Shown: positions 13,835-27,522, numbered from the stretch's first letter. The stretch: 64,000 nucleotides of DNA from Octopus vulgaris (GCA_951406725.2 OX597823.1:20832001-20896000), one strand, 5' to 3'. The notes: generated from the sequence alone by a model not told the origin. Made by a program: numbers and translations.

Positions 13835-14118
13835 GTGTGGAGGCGCAATGGCCCAGTGGTTAGGGCAGTGGACTCGCGGTTTCGATTCCCAGACCGGGCG
13901 TTGTGAGTGTTTATTGAGCGAAAACACCTAAAGCTCCACGAGGCTCCGGCAGGGATGGTGGTGATCCCTGCTGTACTCTTTCACCACAACTACGTTAAGG
14001 GTACACGTGTCAGTGGAGTGCTCAGCCACTTACACGTTAATTTCACGAGCAGGCTGTTCCGTTGATCGGATCAACCGGAACCCTCGTCGTCGTAACCGAC
14101 GGAGTGCTCCCCCCCCCC
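13835..14118 (+). mobile_element. SINE group C, tail type 2, internally deleted
   Basis: 12-bp TSD AATAATGCTGAG at 13823-13834 and 14119-14130. Confidence 0.92.
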
Positions 14119-14570
14119 AATAATGCTGAGATTGATAAAAGAGGAAAATGCACTCGTACACTATCGTGTAGTCATTTAGTTATTCCCTTGTTTCAGCCAT
14201 TTGACTGCAGCGATTTATAATCAACCCAGGGACTTTAGTTTTAACCGCTAGGTTACAGAGACATAATCACACCAACTTACGATTACTTAACTGGTATTTA
14301 TTTTATCGACCTCGAAACGGATGAGAGGTGAAATCGAGTCCGGCTGGATTTGAAATCAGAAAGTAAGGCCGGACTAAATCGTGTTAATCAATTGGTCCGG
14401 CATGCTTAATGATTCTGCCACTTCCCTGACTGTATTGATAATAACCGCTATGTCAAAAACTATGATATCATATATACCACCTCCAAAATCTCTACCACTG
14501 CCTTAGTTTCACAACGAAACTCATTGCCACTCTCAGCGCCATCAAAAACAAGCCCTAAAACTATCAACAG

Positions 14571-14872
14571 GTAGAGGCGCAATGGCCCAGTGGTTAGGGC
14601 AGCGGATTCGCAGTTTCAATTTCCAGACCGGGCGTCGTGTGTGTTTATTGAACGGAAACACCTAAAGCCCCATGATGCTCCGGCAGGGGGTGGTGGCGAC
14701 CCCTGTTGTACTCTTTCGCCCAACTTTCTCTCACACTTTCTTCCTGTTTCTTGAGTAACGCTGCGATGGACTGGCGTCCCGTGCAGCTGGGGGAAACACG
14801 TACGCCACAGAAACCGGGAAACCGGGTCCATGAGACTGGCTAGGCTAGAAAAGGTCGCATAAATGAAAAAAA
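14571..14872 (+). mobile_element. SINE group C, tail type 3 (V-domain-like, shared with group D)
   Basis: Group C head, then GCGATGGACTGGCGTCCCG..GAAACCGGGAAACCGGG as in 26248-26350. AAAACTATYAACA on both flanks. Confidence 0.82.
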
Positions 14873-15520
14873 AAAACTATTAACATTGAACCACGCAATA
14901 GAATATGCAAATCCACCACACAGCGGCATTACTATGAAAAGTAAACCAAGCAAGCATCACAATTTCTGGAACATATATTACATAACCAACTACATCGTAA
15001 CCACCAACCACCACGTCACCGATACGCAATCTCCCATCAGCACATAAGCTAAAAACTATAACATTAAAAATACTTTCACCATACAATCGCTGTACGAGTC
15101 TCACACGACACAATGCACAACAATCTGTGACGCCATGGTGGCGCCACATATCCAAATAAAGACAACGTAGCTCTTATTTATCTTTGTTATGTTTAGTAAA
15201 TGGCTACATTTCCCTAGGTTTTATTTATTCCGCCATTTTATCTTTTCTTGCAGTTTTTGTTTATATTATTGTTTGTGTGGTGTTCTCTGGCGGCGTTTCA
15301 TTTACTCCGTTTGTGTAAGATTAAAATATCTCTCCGATGGCTTTTTCTCCTCGCTTATCTATGAAGTTTTCTTTTTTTTTTCTTTGTTTTATCTCTGTAT
15401 TTTTTTATTTTTTCTCACTTACAGTCGCTCATTCGTTTTCTCCCTCTTTACCTATATCTTACTCCTTTCACACCATTTCTCTCTTTCCCCGCCTTTTCTC
15501 TCTCTCTACTTGTCTTTCCT

Positions 15521-15551
<31 letters not shown>

Positions 15552-15711
15552 ACGTGTATGTAAGTGCGTGCGTGTGTGAGCCTGAGATTACGTCTCTGTA
15601 TGTGTGTGTGCTGATACACATGCGTATAACTGAATACGCACACATCAATTTTCACATACACACGTTAGGTATATATGAATGTATATATATATATGCGTTA
15701 TATGCACATAT

Positions 15712-15805
<94 letters not shown>

Positions 15806-16112
15806 GCACACACACATATATATATATACACAGACACAGACACATGTATATACACGTATACACACATACACACACACGCATGCACAAACACACCATACAC
15901 ACACACACACATATATAGTTACAAATGCATAAAAAGTTTAAATATAAACCGAAAAAAGGACGCACTAGAAGTGTAAAGTCAGCTAATTTAAATTTTATGG
16001 ATGGTGACTTCGAAGTCTCGTCAGTAGATGAACTGAGGCAGACAGTGAAGTGTCATGGCATTGCACCATATATTTACATGGGTACCTCTAATATGTTTGT
16101 GCTATTCGTATA

Positions 16113-16507
16113 TCTTTATATATAAAAGTGAGGTTGTGTGCTGTCTGTCTCCTACAATTTAGATTCCTAACTACTCCCACATTTTGCGGTGCAGTTTAAC
16201 CAAAACCGGGTATCTTATAGTCGTGATTCATATCGAGCCCTTCTGGGTATTAGCGCGTATCTACGATGAGTCTACGATTAAAAAAAAATTTACCATCAAT
16301 TTTTCCCATTTTTAATGCATTTTTGGCATATATAAGGGAAGTAAATCTCTAAAAATTTATTATTAAATCTCAGAACGTAAAAAGCTACAGTAACACCCCC
16401 CCTTTGTGGTTAGACTTATTGAGATGGCTATTATACTTTACATCTCAAAAAATGCTTATATAGTTATTTCCCTTACAAACCCGAGCAACGCCGGGCGATG
16501 CTGCTAG
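16113..16507 (+). mobile_element. Non-autonomous Helitron, left unit of a tandem pair
   Basis: A|TC start, CCCG..CGGG hairpin, CTAG end. Similar to 1730-2125. Confidence 0.9.
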
Positions 16508-16906
16508 TCTATATATATAAAAGTGAGGTTGTGTGGAGTCTGTCTCCTACGATTTAGATTCCTAACTACTCCCACATTTTGCGGTGCAGTGTAACCAAAA
16601 CCGGGTATCTTATAGTCGTGATTCATATCGAGCTCTTCTGGGTATTAGCGCGCGTCTACAATGAGTCTACGATTTAAAAAAAATTTACCATAATTTTTCC
16701 GCATTTTTATTGCATTTTCGCTCGGTTTATATAAGGGAAGTAACTCTAAAAATGTATTATTAAATCTCAGAACGTAAAAAGCTACAGTAACACCCCCACC
16801 CTTTGTGGTTAGCCATATTAAGATGGCTATTATACTTTACATATCTAAAAATGCTTATATAGTTATTTCCCTTACAAACCCGAGCAACGCCGGGCGATAC
16901 TGCTAG
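16508..16906 (+). mobile_element. Non-autonomous Helitron, right unit of a tandem pair
   Basis: TC start directly after the preceding CTAG; ends CTAG|T. Confidence 0.9.
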
Positions 16907-17669
16907 TATATACAACGTTGGAGATATTGATTGCAATGTTAGCATGACATCCATATAAATGACAAACATGTAATTATTATTTGCTCGTTTCCTTCCTCTC
17001 GGAGTTTTCTTCTTTCTTTTCAACATCCCCTCCTTCCATTTCTATTTCTTTCTCCTTTTACAGCATTTCGTTCTCGACTGTTGCCTGCTAGACAAAGATG
17101 CGCCTCTCTAAACAAATCATTTATGATACGGTTGACTGACTATGACAAACGCTTAACGTTTTAATACAGATGGCCTTAAAGTGGTTTTGTTATCAACCAA
17201 ATATATATTCTTCGTGAACTCCTACTTTCTTTTCATACACATCTTTATATAAGAAACATCATCATTGTCATCATTTCTTTTATCATATTCTCCACAAATT
17301 CGCAGTCTTGTGAGTCCAGCTGCTAGCGAAGTTTTGAGATTTCCGTCCAGAAGTTAATGAACATTATTAACCCCCCCCCCCCCACACACACACATACCCC
17401 ACACACACACACTCACACACACACACCACACACCCCACACACACACATACACACCACACACCAGACACACACACACACAAAACAGATGCAAGGTTGTCAA
17501 CCTACGTCTCAATACAGTCAACTACTATAAGTGTAGGACTAACGCAGAAACTGCTTGCATCCAATGGAGCTCCACACTCATAGCTGTCATCAAAAATCTA
17601 GTCCCAGGCCGAAATATATCTTGATTTTATCGATGGACTCTGAAATAGTCAATAGAGCCGCACTCAGAT

Positions 17670-17880
17670 ACTCTTTTGCTCTTTTACTCTTTTGCTTGTT
17701 TCAGTCATTTGACTGCGGCCATGCTGGAGCACCGCCTTTAGTCGAGCAACTCGACCCCGGGACTTATTCTTTTGTAAGCCCAGTACTTATTCTATCGGTC
17801 TCTTTTGCCGAACCGCTAAGTAACGGGGACATAAACACACCAGCATCGGTTATTAGGCAATGCTAGGGGGACACACACAA

Positions 17881-17917
<37 letters not shown>

Positions 17918-18081
17918 CATATATACGACGGGCTTCTTTCAGTTTCCGTCTACCAAATCCACTCACAAGGCTTTGGTCGGGCCGAAGCTATAGTAGAAGA
18001 CACTTGCCCAAGGTGCCACGCAGTGGGACTGAACCCGGAACCGTGTGGTTGGTAAACAAGCTACTTACCACACAGCCACTC
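17670..18081 (-). mobile_element. SINE group A, near full length
   Basis: Reverse complement of 3414-3830. Confidence 0.9.
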
Positions 18082-18540
18082 ACCAAAGACGAAAATGCAC
18101 TCGTACACTATCGTGTATTTATTTAGTTGTTCAATTGTTTCAGTCATTTGACTGCAGCGATGATTTATAATCGACCCAGGGACTTTAGTTTTAACCGCTA
18201 GGTTACAGGGACATAAACACACCAACGCCAGTTTTCAAGCGGTGATTGGGGGACAAACACGGGCAGACACACACACACACACACAAGTATATATATTGAG
18301 GATGATTGCTCGAAATTGTGAGTAGTTTGTGTGTGATAAGATTACGACGACAAAACATTCAACAATGGATGAATTATTAAGTTTTAATTCATAAAGTGAT
18401 GTGAAATGTTGGAACAGGCATGTAAAGCAAAAATTTACCGAAAGCAAAAATCTGAAACTGAATTTTAAATGAAAAAATACGATCAAACTGGAAGTTAAAT
18501 TACAAAAGAAAATCCCCTACAAACTGTAGTACAGTTAATG

Positions 18541-18686
18541 TAACCTTTGATTACCAGCGTGGGAAGTACGTCCCATCGGAGGAACTTAGGAATATTCTCC
18601 AGCCACATCAGTAGGACATATTTTTTCTGGAAAGAAATAGTGGGACCTGAGAGAAGTGGGGAATATTTTGTAGCGAGAACGGTTAA
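18541..18686. mobile_element. Possible decayed piggyBac-type MITE
   Basis: Ends TAACCTTTGATTACC ... GTAGCGAGAACGGTTAA form an imperfect TIR pair with TTAA on the right. Confidence 0.3.
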
Positions 18687-18984
18687 TTATGAAAAAAACA
18701 AACAAACAGGCGACTAAGTTGTCTACACAACAGCTTGATTTGTTACTATGGAAAACTTTACTAATGTGTCTGTGGCTTTCGAATGACTAAAATTACCCCA
18801 AATTTGCAAATTCTAGAAACTATTAACATTTTAAACTTATTAATCTATGGCAAAATAAATTTCTTTTCCATAATCAGCATACAAAACTACATCAATACAC
18901 CAAATTTGAAATCAATTGCAACAAAACTGAAGCAATGGAGTGAAAGCCAAACAGAAAATATCCCTGATATTTATTCCATCACCT

Positions 18985-19250
18985 ATTGTTACTGAGACGT
19001 AAAAAGCAAACACCTGTTGTCAAGCAGCGGTGAGGGCAAGCATAACCACAGGCACACATGAACATACATATACACATACGCACACATACATACATACACA
19101 CATGCATACATAAATATACGATGGGCTTCCTTCAGTTTCCACCAACAAAATCTATTCACAGAGTTTTGGAAGGTACCTGCTCCAGGCAACGCGCAGTTGG
19201 ACTGAACTTAAGACTACCTTGATGCGAAGCAAGCTTCTTAACCATACAGT
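18985..19250 (-). mobile_element. Old diverged SINE group A
   Basis: GATGGGCTTCCTTCAGTTTCC..ACGCGCAGTTGGACTGAAC matches group A reversed. Confidence 0.7.
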
Positions 19251-19642
19251 CACACGTGCGATCATCTTCAAACTGTATATGTCTTTTTACTTGAGAATAA
19301 GGCTCTATACCCGTCAATATTGTGGATTTCCGCGAAATTCGAGAGCTGGTAGAACCGAAAGCACACCAGGTAAAATGCTCAGGAACATCTCAGGTGCCTT
19401 TCCCTTTTGTGTTCAAATTCCACTGTCGTTGACTTTACGTTTCGATCTTCTGGGGTCGATAAATTAAGTATCAGCTGAAAATTGGGTGCAGATGTAAAAC
19501 ACTCTCCCTCCACCAACCCCAGAATTGCTCACTTTGTGTCAAAATTGGAAACCGGTGTGGCATTCTTCCATAGGTAACCCTGATGTTGCGATTATTTTAC
19601 GTTTTTGTTTCTTCCTTTAGGTCTCATTACTGGAAATAGAAC

Positions 19643-20042
19643 AAAGGTGGCGAGCTGGCAGAAACGTTAGCATGCCGGGCGAAATGCGTAGCCGTATTTC
19701 GTCTGCTGTTACGTTCTGAATTCAAATTCCGCCGAGGTCGACTTTGTCTTTCATCCTTTCGGGGTCGATAAATTAAGTACCAGTTACGCACTGGGGTCGA
19801 GGTAATCGACTTAATACCTTTGTCTGTCCTTGTTTGTCCCCTCTATGTTTAGCCCCTTGTGGGTAGTAAAGAAATAGGTATTTCGTCCGTCGCTACATTC
19901 TGAGTTCAAATTCCACCGGGGTCGATTTTGCCTCTCAACCTTTCAGAGACGATTAATTACCAGTTGTGTACTGGCGTCGAGCTAATCGATTGGACATTTC
20001 TCCCCAAATTTCATGCCTTGTATATATAATAGATAGGATTAT
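19643..20042 (+). mobile_element. SINE group B, dimeric form
   Basis: Same head, Meta-like domain, linker, B box, Meta-like domain layout as 5997-6400. Confidence 0.88.
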
Positions 20043-20686
20043 TGGAAATAGAACAGTTATTGTCTGTTTGTTAAAAGTATTTCTAACGATTTTATTACCA
20101 AAATTTCCAAAATGGAATAAATATGAAATTCAACAAATTCGATCACATGATTCGCCTAAGTGGCTTGGGAGGAAAAACTCAATTTTAAACAGTTTATGAG
20201 AGTAACGATATATATACTCCTTAGGAAAATACTGTTTGATAAATATATATGACAAAATTGTATTTGGCGTGTAAGAATTTCATTTTATCAATTATTTTTT
20301 GTCGAAAATTTAAATGTTGTTTCAGAGTATTGTATATGAGCCATTAAATTCAGCGGCAATATTTCAAAGAAAAATGATTAAAAATGTATTTTCAATAATG
20401 AAAGAAAAGTATCATTAAAGCCAGTAGCAATACTTCCAATAATGAAAAATATTTTGGAACACGAAAGTCAACAGTGCGCAGATTCCTATGCCTGACTTTA
20501 TAACTTTATATTTTCACCAAGAGTTCATTTTTTATTTTGTGTTTTGGTATTTATTAAGAATGAATTTTCAACACTTTTTAGGTTTACCACTGCATTCCAA
20601 ATAGAATTTTCCAGTTCATAGGAAGCAATTATGTATGTATATTGTACATATGTGTGTGTGCATGTATATATAAGTATATATATATG

Positions 20687-20772
<86 letters not shown>

Positions 20773-20844
20773 TGTGTGTATGTGTATGTATGTATGTATG
20801 TATGTATATATATATACATATATATATACATATATATATATACA

Positions 20845-20903
<59 letters not shown>

Positions 20904-21609
20904 AGAAAGAGACAGAAACGGAAAGAGAAAGGGCGAGAGTGAGAGAAATAGATGGAGAGAAGATAGCCAGATAGATAGATATATGGTACACTTAATGTAT
21001 ATACACGCATGACACGCAAGTTACTCTGGCTTTCAATAGATATAAAATGTATTATGGGAGTGCTATGTTTAAAAATATAGTACGTTACGGAGGGATTCGA
21101 ATTATCGTCAGATTAGTAGTTATTAAGAGTACTAAATGCATTTCGGTCTATTTGTACCTTGTCAATGAGAGGTTGCTGCAGCCAACCGAATGCCTAGACA
21201 AGAATCATTGCTTCTGATATTGGAGACTGACTAATACATTCATAGCTATTATGAATAGTGGTCAGGACTGAAAACCTAATGTGGTGTTCGCAACTGAAGC
21301 AATATCAAATTAAAATAGTCATCTATGTATCATATGTTATGAGCATATTCAGTTCATAGGCGAGTTACAGCGATTTTCTACCCAGATAAAATCTTTTCGG
21401 ACGAACTGTGTTTAAAAACACAACATATATCTTGGGCGAAGAGGGAAGAGAATTCTTCAAGATGCATTTCACCGTTATTGTGCCCTGTCAATCACGCGTA
21501 ATATGTGGATGACATCGAGAACGCGACATACACACACATACATACATACATACATACATACATACATACATACATACATACATACATACATACATACATA
21601 CATACATAC

Positions 21610-21982
21610 ATGGTGGCTACCCACTCTTTATCAAGTATGGCCATTGCACACAGATTAATCAATGCCTGTGCAAGAAGATTTTTTTAAAGTGAGGAAAGGC
21701 TGTGCACTGAGTCAATCCCACTCACTAAGCAACAGCAGCCATAATCCGAAAAGCAGAACAAGTCAACATCATCGGTAACCACTGAGCCGCAGGTTTTATG
21801 TCGGAGTTATCCCAGTTACTTGAGTTACCTTCTTGAAGGATGCCCTAACAAAGGCTAGGAGTCCTTCATCCCAATGGTTTAACCACGCGATCGGGTATTC
21901 AGTCCGATTATTTCTGTCCCCGCGCAAGATACAGCCTTAAGACATTTATTGGATGGCCGTTGACTCTCAAGAGTTCCTCCGC
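21610..21982 (-). mobile_element. 5'-truncated copy of the RTE-derived element, embedded in (TACA)n
   Basis: Colinear with 7774-8167; (TACA)n on both sides. Confidence 0.75.
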
Positions 21983-23104
21983 TACATACATACATACATA
22001 CATACATACATACATACATACATACATACATACATACATACATACGTGCAGAAGTTCAGAAAAAGAAATCAACCGATTTGCACATTACCGTACAATCTGT
22101 AACCGGAACGGTGAAACTATGCAAGACTTTAAAATGTGACATTGTTTTCGTTATCTACATTCCAATGATGGAGCTTTGTGTCATTGTTTGAAACCAGCAC
22201 CTTCTTGAAAAGTAGACTTTAAATAATTAAAACAGAACAGGACATGCATGTATATATGTACGTACGTATGCGTGTATGTATGTGTATGTATGTATATATG
22301 CGTGTGTCTGTCCGTGTGTATGTGTGTATGTATGTATCTTGTGCAAACCCGCAGTAACTTGACTGTCAATCTTAAATATATATTAAGCATGATACATATA
22401 TGACTATTCTCAATTACTGTTGCTTTGGTTGCATACACCGGCTTATTTATTCAACTCCCCGGCTATTCACAATATCAGCAGCGAATCTATTATTCATTAT
22501 TTCCTATATCAGGGACTTCAAATCTCATTTAGGCATGTGGTTTGCTACGAGTAAAAATCATCGACAAAGCTGAAATGCATTTAATGTTCCCGCTAGCTGC
22601 TGTCAGGACCGTTTTTATTCTCTCATCCATAGAAATTATAGTTTTAAGGACAGCTCTTTCATAAGAGATTTTATCTCTAGCAAAATATTCAGTAACTTTC
22701 CTGTCAGCTGTGTACAACTACATACATTAAGAACGATACACAGATGGCTATTTAAACCTAATACAGTTTCAATTGCGTATAATAATAATAATAATATATA
22801 TAGATAGATAGATATATATAGAGAGAGAGTGTGTGTGTGAGCGAGAGTGAGAGAGAGCGAGAGAGTAAAATCTATTTTTCAACGTAACTTGGCAGTCCTC
22901 GTTAGTGGGACGCTACTACCCTCATTTTAGCCACAGGAAAACATTTTCCAGCTCGTTACCGACGTATGACTGCGTCCTTAAACCTCGAACAAGGGAGCTA
23001 ATGTCCCCACTCATTTTTAAACGGTACCTGCAGACCATGGATTCTGAGTTATTTCTCTTCATCAGCACAAAATATCCATTCGGGATGGCAGCATATATGG
23101 CACA

Positions 23105-23182
<78 letters not shown>

Positions 23183-23364
23183 ATATATATACATATATGT
23201 ATATATGCAATTGGCATCTTTTAGTTTCCGTCTACAACTCACAAGGCTTTGGTAGACCCGAGGCTAAAGTAGAAGCCACTTGCCCAAGATGTCACGCAGT
23301 GGGACTGAACCCAGAATCATGTAGTTGATAAGCAGGCTACTTACTACACGGCAACTCCTACACA

Positions 23365-24267
23365 TTCTTCAAGATGTAGAACGCTTTGCCAAACATTTTA
23401 CCAAAGAAAATAAATATTATGATATTATTAACCGTAGGCTTTTTAGAACCGGTCATTCAGTATCTAATAATTTATACTAATAGTCGTAAACGCAGTAGCG
23501 TTAATACCAATAGAATAAACGCTTGTGAGGAAAGTATACTTTGGATATCTAGCGTACAAAGGGAAACTGCTCGAGTGAAATCCCATCCCAATCTTTTGAA
23601 TACAAATAAAACAAACAAACAGAAAATGTCTAGTTTGTAATGCTAAGAAACTGAGTAATGATATAAGTAATAAAGAAAATACTTTTTGCGGTTTCAGGGT
23701 TAGAGGTGAATGTTTTTTTAAGAATTACTGTAAACGAAAGAATGTTGCTTACAGCTGCGAGATAATTTCTGAGGATAAGTGTTACATATATATAGGTGCC
23801 ACGCAGAAATTTATGAATATTTATACCTTTAATAATAGAAACTGGTCTTCTTCCACTAGCCCTAGTAAATTTATTTGGGATTTAAAGGACAATAAAAAAT
23901 GGCTTTATTTTTTTCTGTGGAGTGGGAAATTATAAGGAAGGCAACTGCTAGTAAGCCTGGAAACTCTTTCTGCTTTCTCTGTCTAGAAGAATTGTATTTG
24001 ATACTATTTTCTAGAAGACGTATCTTAAATGCTAAGATAGAAATGGAATTTTCTTGTGTCCATGCATCAAAATGGACATTTAATAACTATCATTAGGTTT
24101 ATAGTTATCATTGATAATTGCATATATATCAAATATATTTTTTATATTTAAATTGATCAATATTTTTGGTATAATCCAGTTTTGGGGGTTTGATATACTA
24201 AATAAGTATAATATACTTATTAAATGTTGTAAATATAACTTAAATCTAATATATGTGGCAATGTATA
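23365..24267 (+). pseudogene. Penelope-like element remnant: RT/EN linker, GIY-YIG endonuclease C-terminus and 3' flank
   Basis: FAKHFTKENKYYDIINRRLFRTGHSVSNNL, YIGATQ, SKFIWDLKDN and VEWEIIRKATASKPGNSFCFLCLEELYLIL..LNAKIEMEFSCVH match the PLE pattern KHF..IFN..SYS..N / YIG.T / LS..IW.LK / C.LCL.E / LN...E....C.H. Stops and frameshifts present. Confidence 0.82.
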
Positions 24268-24684
24268 CTCTTACTCTTTTACTCTTTTACTCTTTTACTT
24301 GTTTCAGTCATTTGACTGCGGCCATGCTCGAGCACCGCCTTTAGTCGAGCAAATCGACCCCGGGACTTATTCTTTGTAAGCCCAGTACTCATTCTATCGG
24401 TCTCTTTTGCCGAACCGCTAGGTGACGGGGACGTAAACACACCAGCATCTGTTGTCAAGCAATGCTAGGGAGACAAACACAGACACACAAACATACACAC
24501 ACACACATATACATATATACGACAGGCTTCTTTCAGTTTCCGTCTACCAAATCCACTCACAAGGCATTGGTCGGCCCGGGGCTATAGCAGAAGACACTTG
24601 CCCAATATGCCACGCAGTGGGACTGAACCCGGAACCATGTGGTTGGTTAGCAAGCTACTTACCAAACAGCCACTCCTACGCCTA
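24268..24684 (-). mobile_element. SINE group A, full length
   Basis: Near-identical reverse complement of 3414-3830. Confidence 0.92.
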
Positions 24685-24838
24685 TGCCACTCCTAAAATT
24701 TGATTAAACATACTTCTTTGAAATATTTAGTTAAAATTCCAATACTAGCCTATTGGACTGGGCTTCAGATATAATATATTGTCTTGGAGTAATGACAGAT
24801 CTAGTATACTCGGTTGTCATATAAACTTTCTATATATA

Positions 24839-25066
24839 TATTTCTTTACTACCCACAAGGGGCTAAACACAAAGGGGACAAACAAGAACAGACAAATGTA
24901 TTAAGTCGATTACATCGACCCCAGTGCGTAACTGGTACTTAATTTATCGACCCCGAAAGGATGAATGGCAAAGTCGACCTCGGCGGAATTTGAACTCAGA
25001 ACGTAACAGCAGACGAAATACGGCTACGCATTTCGCCCGATGTGCTAACGTTTCTGCCTGCTCGCC
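24839..25066 (-). mobile_element. SINE group B monomer with TSD
   Basis: 15-bp TSD AACTTTCTATATATA at 24824-24838 and 25067-25081. Confidence 0.92.
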
Positions 25067-25130
25067 AACTTTCTATATATAATAATACGTAGGTTATGCT
25101 TGTGTTTACGTAATGAGTATTGATCGTTTA

Positions 25131-25512
25131 TGGAGGCGCAATGGCCCAGTGGTTAGGGCAGCGGACTCGCGGTCGTAGGATCGCGGTTTCGATTCCCAGA
25201 CCGGGCGTTGTGAATGTTTATTGAGCGAAAACACCTAAAGCTCCACGAGGCTCCGGCAGGGATGGTGGTGATCCCTGCTGCACTCTTTCACCACAACTTT
25301 CTTTCACTCTTACTTCCTGTTTCTCTCGTACCTGTATTTCAAAGGGCCGGCCTTGTCACTCCCTGTGTCACGCTGAATATCCCCGAGAACTACGTTAAGG
25401 GTACACGTGTCTATGGAGTGCTCAGCCACTTACACGTTAATTTCACGAGCAGGCTGTTCCGTTGATCGGATCAACCGGAACCCTCGTCGTCGTAACCGAC
25501 GGAGTGCTTCCA
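25131..25512 (+). mobile_element. SINE group C, tail type 2, full length
   Basis: 13-bp TSD TATTGATCGTTTA at 25118-25130 and 25513-25525; A and B boxes in the head. Confidence 0.94.
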
Positions 25513-26247
25513 TATTGATCGTTTACGCGGATATTGATAACGTTATGATTTTAGATGGAATTAAACGGAATTTGATGTGATATATTTTAATAATCTTCAG
25601 TATTGTTAACAGGCATATTCTCAACTACTTGATATGTGTAGTTACCCTCTCCTCCACGCTTTATCTATAACGCCCCCACCCATTAGTCTTTATCTCTCTC
25701 TTTCTCGCTGGAATATCTATGTCTTCTTATCAACCATTATGCCATCAATGAACTATTGTGTATGATATATGCCCGAGCACATTGAATGTGTTTATTTATA
25801 CATATATAACAATAGCGGCTTTCTGAGAAACGCTTGCATTCAAGAGAACACGTACATCTGAGTTTGTCGTCGGTTGGCCTACACGTCGTAACCTAACTTC
25901 CTTTTGGAGATACTCACTGAAGAAATACCCAATTGACTGGTTTCAATTATGGGAATGGGAATCTTACTTCTCTTATTGAATTGACTGGGGGTGGAAACAT
26001 CTGTAGGCATGAATTTCTCTACAAGAATTGGAATGCTTTTGAATAAGTAACACCTGCACCTCAATTTATTTCTATTCTCTTCATTTTCTCATTCATAAAG
26101 TCTTTTTCAATAGCTTTGCGTTTCAAAGATAGACTAATATACTTGGTTTTCTCTGTACGTTAATATAAACATGAGAACTAGGATACTTGCATCCCTTACA
26201 GGACTTTAGTTCCTTGACTATATATATATACAGTATATATATATAAA

Positions 26248-26499
26248 ATAAATGCGCCCTTTTAAAGTCTAGCCAGGCTCATGGGCCCGGTTTCCCGGTT
26301 TCAATGGCGTATGCGTTCCCCAGCAGGACGGGACGCCAGTCCAGCGCAGTGTTTCTCATTTTTGCCAGCTGAGTGGACTGGAGCAACGTGAAATGAAGTG
26401 TTTTGCTCAAGAACACAACGAGTCGCCCGGTCCGGGAATCGAAACCACAATCTTACGATCATGATGCTGACACCCAAACCACTAAGCCACGCGCCACCA
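26248..26499 (-). mobile_element. tRNA-derived SINE group D; diverged relative at ~33080-33205
   Basis: Minus strand reads GGCGCGTGGCTTAGTGG..GGTTTCGATTCCC, GTGTTCTTGAGCAAAACACTT, then tail type 3. Confidence 0.85.
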
Positions 26500-27094
26500 C
26501 ACACACACACGCACAGATATCTGTATATACATATGTTGAATTACTAATTTAATGCACCACTAGCGCTGTAAGCAGTGCGGGGGGGTCTAATCCCTCGTAG
26601 TACTGGGTTCTAAAACACTCGGCAGTCATAGACAGGCGAAACAACGCCACTTCAATCACATTCAAAAGTGATGGATACCGATATTTCGCTATTTTTGTGG
26701 CTTACCAACACCACGTACGTGACTCGAAGCGCGAACGAACCGAATCGGCGGTTAGTGACTTATATACAAATAGTGTAAGAACCATTTGCAGGTATGTCAC
26801 GGCCATGTATAAGTAAGACTAAATTCAATAACGTACAACAGCATAGCGTAACTGTTACGGCTATGCTGTTGTAGGTACAACATGTTCTTTGTCTATCTCC
26901 TTAACTTCTTGGAAGATTTTAGGTATAATTATACTAATGTGTCCATCTGTTCTAATTTAATTAAATTATATGTTTTTGTGCAGCTGAAGATTGCTCTACA
27001 TTTTAAATTGAGGTTATGATTGCATTCTTCAATTAAATTCAGTTGCATGATACGATCGCACTGCATTACCTCTGGATATCCTTCTTGCTTATTT

Positions 27095-27131
<37 letters not shown>

Positions 27132-27315
27132 TATATTTTGGATTAACTGGTGCTAGAGTGAGCAATATAGTGACCACTCTCTTATATTTATTTTGTAAAA
27201 ATATTATAATATGTTATAAAATATTATAATAATCCAGGTTTCTCGGAGCACTAGGCCACTTGGTGTTGAATAAATATACTATTAAATTAATATCTAATTC
27301 TCTCACCCTTATTAA

Positions 27316-27369
<54 letters not shown>

Positions 27370-27477
27370 TGACGTATATTTGCCATTAAAAAATATATAT
27401 ATGGCTTTAGACACACTTTCTGTGCCCTATCAGTGTTTGCGAAGGGAAGCCATCCTTCCCGTCTTCAACTTATGATA

Positions 27478-27522
27478 CACACGGACTCGAGTTTCTGAGT
27501 ATTGACCCGTCATCGGCGTGTG
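27478..27522 (-). ncRNA. Minimal type I hammerhead ribozyme motif (U4C variant)
   Basis: CACACG-CCGAUGA-C-GGGU CAAU ACUC-A-GAAA-CUCGAG-UC-CGUGUG: 6-bp stem I, 4-bp stem II, palindromic stem III, GUC site. Confidence 0.78.

Noticed and set aside
12440-15240. CGCCATTTT (YY1-like) and ACTTCCG motifs as a promoter
   Set aside because: Short motifs with no linked exon or transcript evidence.
25131-25210. tRNA-like sequence (also the heads of the other SINEs)
   Set aside because: No proper acceptor stem, and continuous with SINE bodies flanked by TSDs, so not tRNA genes.
25918-26055. Minus-strand CAG...GTGAGT-bounded segment as the next SLC6 exon
   Set aside because: The phase-1 frame hits a stop, there is no SLC6 similarity, and the acceptor lacks a pyrimidine tract.
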